The notes beneath the pieces were generated by a model that worked only from the letters and a program-made list of their open reading frames with translations, was not told where the DNA came from and did not search any database. Of a DNA stretch of 24,000 nt, positions 17,438 to 24,000 are shown one piece after another; within the stretch, counting starts at the first letter, position 1; the number at the start of each line of letters is the position of its first letter. Location of the stretch: the NCBI RefSeq assembly GCF_056989615.1, contig NZ_JBXSFI010000004.1; one strand, given 5' to 3'. The position numbers and the translations under genes are program-made.

Positions 17438-18904
17438 TTGAAAATGGCAGAAAAAAATAAAAAAACCATTACTGGTCAAGTCTTGAACTCCATTAAAATT
17501 AACAAACTAAAATGTATAAATGGATTAAACGAGATTATTTTTAAACCTCATGCGTTAACCGCAATTTTAGGTCCAAATGGAAGCGGAAAATCAACAATAC
17601 TCCATGCTATAGCAAGCATATACATGCCTGAAGAAGGTTTCCCCGGTGAAGACCATCGGTTAATGCATTTTTTTCCACGCAGCCCACATGCTGAATGGAA
17701 CGGCAGTGACTTCATTGTAAATTTAACTTATCGTAAAGATGGGGTAATGATTGAAAATGAATTGAAAAATTATGGAAAAGCAGATATTCGAGGCTCACGA
17801 TGGATTCAGATTTATGCTCGTCGTCCTTTAAGAGAAGTTTACTATCTTGGCATTGATAAATGTGTTCCTATAATAGAATCAGAAAAAAAGAATAATATTC
17901 AGTATGAAACCAGCAGTGTCAGTAATGATTTAATAACAAACATTCTTCATTACGCCTCCTATATACTTAATAAACCATACACAAGTTTCAATCAGCATCA
18001 ACAACCCAATGGAAAAATATTGATTGGAGTTGAGTCAGGGGGACTGGCCTACTCATCATTGAGTATGAGCGCAGGAGAGCAAAAGATATTTTTAATTCTG
18101 GAAACAATATTGAAAGCGGACAAGAACGCCTTAATATTAATTGATGAATTAGATTTATTGTTGCATGACGAAGCATTGAAAAAGTTAATAGAAGTCATAT
18201 CATCTCATGCCAAAGATAAAAACAAACAAATCATCTTTACTACCCATAGAGAAATGATAACCACTTTATCAGACAAGATAAATATAAGACACGTCGTAAA
18301 CATTCAAGGCCGTAGTTATTCATTTGAAGAAACAAAACCTGATGCTATAAACAGATTAACAGGTGAATCAACGACGCCTATTGAAATATATGTAGAAGAT
18401 GACTTAGCTGTTGCCATAATAAATAAAATATGTTCTTCACTTAAGGCCAGCAAATATGTAAAAATATTTAAATTTGGCGCAGCTTCAAACGCATTCACTC
18501 TACTTGCCAGTACCCTTATTCGTGGTGACAATCTATCTGGTAAACTTTATATTCTTGATGGCGATAAATATTCCACAGAAAATGAAAAGAAAACTGCTCG
18601 TGATAAAGTTTTCACCGGCACAGAATCACGAACTTATGAGTTAAAAGCGGCAGCGGAAGGAAAAGTAAAACAATTTAATCTCCCAAATGGGGTTAAGCCT
18701 GAACAATACATTCATTATCTTATTACAAATGTCCCACTGGACGGATTGGGTGGCGAATATTTAGAAATAATCGAAGCAGCAAGGGATATCAGAGTTGAAC
18801 TTGATGCTCATAATTATATCTCGAATATTTTAACTAAATTGGGCATTGATCGTCCGTCCGGGTTAACACGAGTGATGGATCTGGCCTCCAGGCATCCCGA
18901 ATGA
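17438..18904 (+). CDS. OLD-like/SMC-like ATPase with C-terminal TOPRIM-like domain; probably interrupted 3' end
   Basis: Walker A LGPNGSGKSTILHA, signature SSLSMSAGEQK, Walker B LILIDELDLLLHD, TTHRE; TOPRIM-like IYVEDDLA and LYILDGDKY; in-frame open region to 19000 after TGA at 18902. Confidence 0.82.
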   Translation: MKMAEKNKKTITGQVLNSIKINKLKCINGLNEIIFKPHALTAILGPNGSGKSTILHAIASIYMPEEGFPGEDHRLMHFFPRSPHAEWNGSDFIVNLTYRKDGVMIENELKNYGKADIRGSRWIQIYARRPLREVYYLGIDKCVPIIESEKKNNIQYETSSVSNDLITNILHYASYILNKPYTSFNQHQQPNGKILIGVESGGLAYSSLSMSAGEQKIFLILETILKADKNALILIDELDLLLHDEALKKLIEVISSHAKDKNKQIIFTTHREMITTLSDKINIRHVVNIQGRSYSFEETKPDAINRLTGESTTPIEIYVEDDLAVAIINKICSSLKASKYVKIFKFGAASNAFTLLASTLIRGDNLSGKLYILDGDKYSTENEKKTARDKVFTGTESRTYELKAAAEGKVKQFNLPNGVKPEQYIHYLITNVPLDGLGGEYLEIIEAARDIRVELDAHNYISNILTKLGIDRPSGLTRVMDLASRHPE

Positions 18905-19191
18905 CATCAGTATGTGAGTGAAGTCACTGACTGGTTACAGCCCGTAGTTTCTGATTTAATGGAACGATTACCTGAGAATGATACAGTAGATATAACTTAA
19001 AATATCCAACCATCCCGAATGAGCAAATACAAAAACTCATTTGGGATAATAATTAATATAATTATGCTGGCTCATTTCATGCCTGTCAAAAAAAAACAAA
19101 TTTTGCTCTGTTGTTTTCTTAACGAAGATATTATGTTAATCGTGAAAATATGATATATATTATTATATAAGAACACATCGTAGAGGTTTTT

Positions 19192-19809
19192 ATGGGGAAA
19201 TATCAGGAAGAAAAGAAAACACCCATCATTATGGTGAAAAAACGTCGCACTCTTTTACCCCCTTCCTTATCTGAAAAAACAGGTGTTATCGCACGTTCAG
19301 AGACAGAAAAGATGGAAGAATCAGTCTCTGAGGGGATCAGTTCGCCTGCCGTCGATACTCATACCCCTGATGCTCCTGCCTGTAAGAAAAAAAAGAAAAG
19401 ACGCCGTTTTCCACGCCAGCCTCATTGGACTCATGAATTTACTCACGATTGCGTGGAAAAAGTGAAGTCTCTGTTTCCCCATCTTCGCGCAGAAGGCGGA
19501 GGATTTCTTCCACTGAAAATTGGCATAACCAATGATTTTGCCGCATTCCTGACAGAACACCCTGAGACAGAACTGACACTGGATGAATGGTCCTGTGCAA
19601 TATCCTGCATCACCACCCGACAGGTATATCTGCAGCGTACTGCTGTCGCAGGTATCCCTCGTTATGGACTGGATGGACTACCAGCAGGTCAGGTATCAGA
19701 ATGCGATGCGCTGAATGCCAGACGCTGGCTGGCAGTAAGGGAACAACAGAAGCTAAAGATGAAAACCATGCAGGAACAGTCCGCGTCAACCGAAAAAACT
19801 GAACGGTAA
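19192..19809 (+). CDS. FinO/ProQ-family RNA-binding protein
   Basis: LFPHLRAEGGGFLPLKIGITNDFAAFL…CAISCITTRQVYLQRTAVAGIPRYGLDGLPAGQVSE…NARRWL matches FinO/ProQ core; basic N-terminal CKKKKKRRRFPRQP. Confidence 0.88.
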   Translation: MGKYQEEKKTPIIMVKKRRTLLPPSLSEKTGVIARSETEKMEESVSEGISSPAVDTHTPDAPACKKKKKRRRFPRQPHWTHEFTHDCVEKVKSLFPHLRAEGGGFLPLKIGITNDFAAFLTEHPETELTLDEWSCAISCITTRQVYLQRTAVAGIPRYGLDGLPAGQVSECDALNARRWLAVREQQKLKMKTMQEQSASTEKTER

Positions 19810-19962
19810 TTTCATCGCGATAACAGCAGGTTACAAACACAATAATATTCATTGTGAAGTATTCCTTTCAGATCAGCTTATATGTTTTTTGCAGGCTGCT
19901 GGTAGAACAGTTGCTTTTACTTGTGGTCAGTAAGCAGAGATATTCCGACATGGGCATTCTTC

Positions 19963-20008
19963 AGGCTATAGCCTTACAGGATCAATCACCACCTCCCTAG
20001 GAGGTGGT
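19963..20008. repeat. Two adjacent palindromes (AGGCTATAGCCT; ACCACCTCC-CTA-GGAGGTGGT)
   Basis: Perfect inverted repeats at 19963-19974 and 19988-20008; possible terminator or IS200/IS605 end relic. Confidence 0.6.
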
Positions 20009-20101
20009 TTAGGGATAACAATAAAAGGGCTACACCGTTAGAACCGCGCCGTAAGACTGAAGGGATTTTCATATTGACGCAAAAATCCCTTCTCATAAGG
20101 A

Positions 20102-21139
20102 TTAAAACAAAAATTGCGTTAAATATCCCATAAGGATTGCCATACCTAAGATAACCGTCAGAAATGCGATTATCATGGGCATTCTGAACATTGATTTAAG
20201 CAATATTACTTCTGTCAGACTCGCTCCAGCACTACCGATTATCAAGGCCATTAATGCCCCCAGGCCCATTCCTTTAGTCATCAGCACTGATGCAAGTGGT
20301 ATCACTGCCTCTGCGCGGATATACAACGGAATACCAACAACTGCACTCAGCGGTATGGCTAAGGGATTATCTGCTCCGGCATGAGCTGCAATCCACTCTG
20401 AAGGGATAAAGCCATAAATAAATGAACCTATTAATACACTTAACAAAAGATAAGGCAGAACATCCTTAAACTGCTGTAAGGCATCTTTCATAGCTAACTT
20501 TATTGGGCCAGAGGTGGTATTCGTTGTGAGATTCACATTGCCCAGATTCTCGCTGCTGCAACAGCTAACAGCTGGTTGTTCAGATGATATTGATGAACAA
20601 CACGCTGATACGTTCTGCTCGTTCTTTACCGTCCTTTTTACCGAAGCTTCGGAATCATCGCATTTCGTGGTGCAACCACTTGATGCTGAGTTTTTGTGAT
20701 CAACAATATGACGTTCAAATCCTAGTAAATCCAATACGATACTGGCAAGGACTGAGACACCGGCAGCGATGATCGCGTACAACAAAGTTACTTTCCAGCC
20801 AAAGGTAACCCATATTAACCCCACGATAATGGGATTAAGCAACGGTGAAACAAACAAAAAAGTGAGTGTCGGACCAAACCCCGCTTTCGCAGACAACAAT
20901 CCTCGCAACATTGGAACTGTTGAGCAACTACAGAAAGGGGTAACGGCTCCCAGCAACGAGGCCAGCAGATACCCCTTACCTTTTCTCGCCCCCATCATCT
21001 GCTGAATTTTATGATCCGGGACTTTTTGCCTTATCAGGCTCACACCGGCACTAATGACAATAAACAGCAATGAAAGCTCAACAGCCAGAAAAACAAACAT
21101 CTCTGCGGCATCTTGCAACATAGGAATCCAACTATTCAT
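20102..21139 (-). CDS. Putative permease of the ArsP/DUF318 (PF03773) type
   Basis: 345-aa multi-TM; TPFCSCSTVPMLRGL and second-half VVGIPLYIRAEAVIPL; Cys-rich central loop. Confidence 0.85.
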   Translation of the reverse strand: MNSWIPMLQDAAEMFVFLAVELSLLFIVISAGVSLIRQKVPDHKIQQMMGARKGKGYLLASLLGAVTPFCSCSTVPMLRGLLSAKAGFGPTLTFLFVSPLLNPIIVGLIWVTFGWKVTLLYAIIAAGVSVLASIVLDLLGFERHIVDHKNSASSGCTTKCDDSEASVKRTVKNEQNVSACCSSISSEQPAVSCCSSENLGNVNLTTNTTSGPIKLAMKDALQQFKDVLPYLLLSVLIGSFIYGFIPSEWIAAHAGADNPLAIPLSAVVGIPLYIRAEAVIPLASVLMTKGMGLGALMALIIGSAGASLTEVILLKSMFRMPMIIAFLTVILGMAILMGYLTQFLF

Positions 21140-21161
21140 ACTAAACCTCTTGACAGAATCT

Positions 21162-21222
21162 ATTATTCTAGAATAATCGAAATATAATTATAGTCAAGAT
21201 ATTTCTGGTATTATCGAAATAT
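21162..21222. promoter_or_regulatory. Divergent promoter/operator region for permease and ArsR-type regulator
   Basis: Perfect palindrome ATTATTCTAGAATAAT (21162-21177); direct repeat ATCGAAATAT at 21176-21185 and 21213-21222. Confidence 0.6.
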
Positions 21223-21243
21223 CATCAGGCAGAGGGTTGTCAC

Positions 21244-21567
21244 ATGCAACTGGAAGAAGTAGCTAAAGCTCTAAAAGAACTGGGTCACCCGACCCGTTTG
21301 TTCATATTCAAACATCTTGTAAAAGCTGGAGAACAAGGTTTACCTGTAGGTGAATTGCAAAAGCAGCTTGGCATTCCTTCATCAACGTTAAGTCATCATA
21401 TTTCAGCCCTGGTATCAGTAGGACTCGTCACACAAAACCGGGAGAGTCGAACGCTCATGTGCGTCTCTCAATATGAAATACTGGAAGCTATCATCGAATT
21501 CTTACGTGAAGAGTGCTGTGTAAACAGTAAAACAGATGTTGCGGAACCCGCTGGCAAAAATGGGTAA
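21244..21567 (+). CDS. ArsR-family transcriptional regulator
   Basis: 107-aa wHTH LKELGHPTRLFIFKHLVKAGEQGLPVGELQKQLGIPSSTLSHHISALVSVGLV…; EECC near C-terminus. Confidence 0.9.
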   Translation: MQLEEVAKALKELGHPTRLFIFKHLVKAGEQGLPVGELQKQLGIPSSTLSHHISALVSVGLVTQNRESRTLMCVSQYEILEAIIEFLREECCVNSKTDVAEPAGKNG

Positions 21568-21702
21568 GTAACCGGAAAACTCATAACTGTCATGATTGAC
21601 GAATGCTGTATCTACCCGTGCGAAGCACACCTAATTAAGCCAAGAATATATAGAGAAAATCATAAAAATTAATAGGTTAAATAATATAGTTCCTGATTTA
21701 TC

Positions 21703-22522
21703 GGCACTGTTGCAAATAGTCGGTGGTGATAAACTTATCATCCCCTTTTGCTGATGGAGCTGCACATGAACCCATTCAAAGGCCGGCATTTTCAGCGTGA
21801 CATCATTCTGTGGGCCGTACGCTGGTACTGCAAATACGGCATCAGTTACCGTGAGCTGCAGGAGATGCTGGCTGAACGCGGAGTGAATGTCGATCACTCC
21901 ACGATTTACCGCTGGGTTCAGCGTTATGCGCCTGAAATGGAAAAACGGCTGCGCTGGTACTGGCGTAACCCTTCCGATCTTTGCCCGTGGCACATGGATG
22001 AAACCTACGTGAAGGTCAATGGCCGCTGGGCGTATCTGTACCGGGCCGTCGACAGCCGGGGCCGCACTGTCGATTTTTATCTCTCCTCCCGTCGTAACAG
22101 CAAAGCTGCATACCGGTTTCTGGGTAAAATCCTCAACAACGTGAAGAAGTGGCAGATCCCACGATTCATCAACACGGATAAAGCGCCCGCCTATGGTCGC
22201 GCGCTTGCTCTGCTCAAACGCGAAGGCCGGTGCCCGTCTGACGTTGAACACCGACAGATTAAGTACCGGAACAACGTGATTGAATGCGATCATGGCAAAC
22301 TGAAACGGATAATCAACGCCACGCTGGGATTTAAATCCATGAAGACGGCTTACGCCACCATCAAAGGTATTGAGGTGATGCGTGCACTACGCAAAGGCCA
22401 GGCCTCAGCATTTTATTATGGTGATCCCCTGGGCGAAATGCGCCTGGTAAGCAGAGTTTTTGAAATGTAAGGCCTTTGAATAAGACAAAAGGCTGCCTCA
22501 TCGCTAACTTTGCAACAGTGCC
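21703..22522 (+). mobile_element. IS26 (complete, 820 bp)
   Basis: ggcactgttgcaaa … tttgcaacagtgcc terminal inverted repeats; length exactly 820. Confidence 0.98.
21766..22470 (+). CDS. tnpA: IS26 transposase (ORF track starts at 21748)
   Basis: 234-aa MNPFKGRHFQRDIILWAVRWYCKYGISYRELQEMLAERGV…. Confidence 0.98.
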   Translation: MNPFKGRHFQRDIILWAVRWYCKYGISYRELQEMLAERGVNVDHSTIYRWVQRYAPEMEKRLRWYWRNPSDLCPWHMDETYVKVNGRWAYLYRAVDSRGRTVDFYLSSRRNSKAAYRFLGKILNNVKKWQIPRFINTDKAPAYGRALALLKREGRCPSDVEHRQIKYRNNVIECDHGKLKRIINATLGFKSMKTAYATIKGIEVMRALRKGQASAFYYGDPLGEMRLVSRVFEM

Positions 22523-22687
22523 CTGTCAAAGAATCGGCCCGGTGCTCTGACGCAAGTATCGGGATGGTCACCATTTGTAAGCCGTAGACCTGAGTGGTGA
22601 TCAAGACTTCGATACCACCGACCGTACCGGTACTAATCGACGACGGTCGTGTTCGTCGCCTGCCGCAGGGACTCTGCACACCTCCGT

Positions 22688-23272
22688 TTACGCATGTGCC
22701 TGGAGGAGTTGGAAATCGTCGTGTTCGGGAAACATTAAACACAGGATGGCAGCGATCTGAGCCAGCACATGATCAGCTAGCTCACCATCCGGATCGACGG
22801 CCCACTGCATCGTCGCGCCAGCGATGACCGAGTGCAGGAGCAACTCAGCTGCCGCAGGAGCACCTGGGGGCAGTCGCTTGCGGATCCCCTCCACCACCGC
22901 GCGGTTCCGCTGGATCGCAAGCGTGCGTAGCTCCGGCACCTGGAGCTCGTACCAGGAGATGAGATAGTTCACCGAGAAGTCGTTGCGAGTGTTCATGCTC
23001 CGAACGAGCACCTGCAAAAATTCCCAGAGCCCTTGCGGCCCTGCGCCTATCGGTATCGCATTCAGGTAATGCCGCACCTGCTCGACGCCGCGCTCCATCA
23101 TCCTCACCAGCAGCGTATCGCGGTTGGTGAAGCGCTGGATTAACGCTGCGCGGGAGAGCCCCACCTCCTTTGCTACTCCGCTGAGCGTGAACTCTATGGG
23201 ACCGCAACGCTTCAGCACTACGGTGGCGGCCTCGAGTACCTCGTCATCGGACTTGAGCTTGGGGCGGGGCAT
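22688..23272 (-). CDS. mphR(A): Macrolide-resistance repressor MphR(A), TetR family
   Basis: 194-aa MPRPKLKSDDEVLEAATVVLKRCGPIEFTLSGVAKEVGLSRAALIQRF…. Confidence 0.96.
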   Translation of the reverse strand: MPRPKLKSDDEVLEAATVVLKRCGPIEFTLSGVAKEVGLSRAALIQRFTNRDTLLVRMMERGVEQVRHYLNAIPIGAGPQGLWEFLQVLVRSMNTRNDFSVNYLISWYELQVPELRTLAIQRNRAVVEGIRKRLPPGAPAAAELLLHSVIAGATMQWAVDPDGELADHVLAQIAAILCLMFPEHDDFQLLQAHA

Positions 23273-24000
23273 CAGTGTTCACCTTCTGTATGGGTTGGGG
23301 CGGAGGCTGTGGCTGCCGCCGCCATTGTAGCAAATTGAAGACGGAGCGAGAGTAGAGCCACGAGCCCCGCAAACACGGCCGATACAACGAGGCCAGGGAG
23401 CGGACCAGCAAGGTCGACAAACGCGCCGGCCGCAAGCATAACCATGGGCGAGGCTGACAGCATCACCGCCGAGACCGTGCCGAGTACCCGGCCGAGAAGT
23501 TCTGGCGGCGTGCGGTTGTAGATGGCAGCGTTGAGAATGGGAGAGACTGAGCCGGTCAGCAGTCCCACGAGCGCGCCCAACAACATCAGCACCGGCACGC
23601 CTGGCAACTGTGAAAGCAGAAGCGAGCCCACCGCAGAGCCACAAAATGCCACCGCCAGCCAGTTCTGCGCTGATATCCGGGCGCCGACCGACGCATGAAT
23701 GGCAATGCCAAGGAGACCACCAGCCCCCATCATTGAGGAGAACAGCCCGAGCTCTGCTACTTGGCGTCCTGCATCTACAAACAGCGCAGGCATGATGACG
23801 CTGCCGTTGGCGCCAACGATGCCCACGAAGATCATCACTATACCAAAGAGAGGGCGCAGCAGGGGTTCGCTCCAGAGAAAAGCGACGCCGGCGCGCATGG
23901 AGAGAGTCGCCGTCGTGGTCATCGTCCGAGCGGCACGCGCGGGAAGCACCCACGCGCCGAGCAGACCTGCAAGGACGGAGCTGAACGCCGTCAGCCCGAG
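23272..24000 (-). CDS. mrx(A): Mrx(A) MFS-type transporter, C-terminal part (gene continues beyond window)
   Basis: Open minus-strand frame to the window edge (…LGLTAFSSVLAGLLGAWVLPARAARTMTTTATLSMRAGVAFLWSEPLLRPLFG…); stop overlaps mphR start (TGATG). Confidence 0.93.
   Translation of the reverse strand, partial: LGLTAFSSVLAGLLGAWVLPARAARTMTTTATLSMRAGVAFLWSEPLLRPLFGIVMIFVGIVGANGSVIMPALFVDAGRQVAELGLFSSMMGAGGLLGIAIHASVGARISAQNWLAVAFCGSAVGSLLLSQLPGVPVLMLLGALVGLLTGSVSPILNAAIYNRTPPELLGRVLGTVSAVMLSASPMVMLAAGAFVDLAGPLPGLVVSAVFAGLVALLSLRLQFATMAAAATASAPTHTEGEH

Noticed and set aside
17190-18904. Possible retron (OLD-like ATPase-TOPRIM effector preceded by a ~250-bp non-coding region)
   Set aside because: No reverse transcriptase gene is present on either side and no convincing msr/msd fold was seen; the effector alone does not define a retron.
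22845-23207. 120-aa minus-strand ORF
   Set aside because: Out-of-frame shadow of mphR(A).
23279-23953. 224-aa minus-strand ORF
   Set aside because: Alternate frame of mrx(A), rich in Cys/Arg/His; GC-rich shadow ORF.

Overview
The window looks like accessory DNA from an IncF-type enterobacterial virulence/resistance plasmid (ColV/ColBM-like). All names are recalled from family knowledge; no database was searched. Left part (1-5.6 kb): IS629-like orfB, an IS3-family remnant, and a complete 768-bp IS1 that cuts off the 3' end of the microcin V gene cvaC, with cvi intact. Next come a 3' remnant of colicin B (cba), intact cbi, and intact colicin M genes cma/cmi. Middle (5.7-19.8 kb): a tyrosine recombinase, several hypothetical genes, and a dense run of defence-like or stability-like modules. 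These are (a) an RHH-start protein coupled to a KAP P-loop NTPase, (b) a convergent pair made of a 96-aa protein and a TIR-like (CAP12/Pycsar-effector type) protein, (c) a vagCD (VapBC-type) toxin-antitoxin behind an ATATGC-repeat array, (d) a 712-aa AAA_13/PrrC-RloC-like ATPase with a CCPFC motif, (e) a coupled 85-aa/196-aa pair behind a long hairpin, (f) an OLD-like ATPase-TOPRIM gene interrupted by an in-frame TGA followed by 31 open sense codons, and (g) a FinO/ProQ-family protein. Right part (20.1-24 kb): a permease with a Cys-rich loop divergent from an ArsR-type regulator, a complete 820-bp IS26, then mphR(A) and the C-terminal part of mrx(A). The best candidates for under-described systems are the RHH-KAP operon, the TIR-like pair, the AAA_13 ATPase, and the OLD-like gene with its flanking elements.
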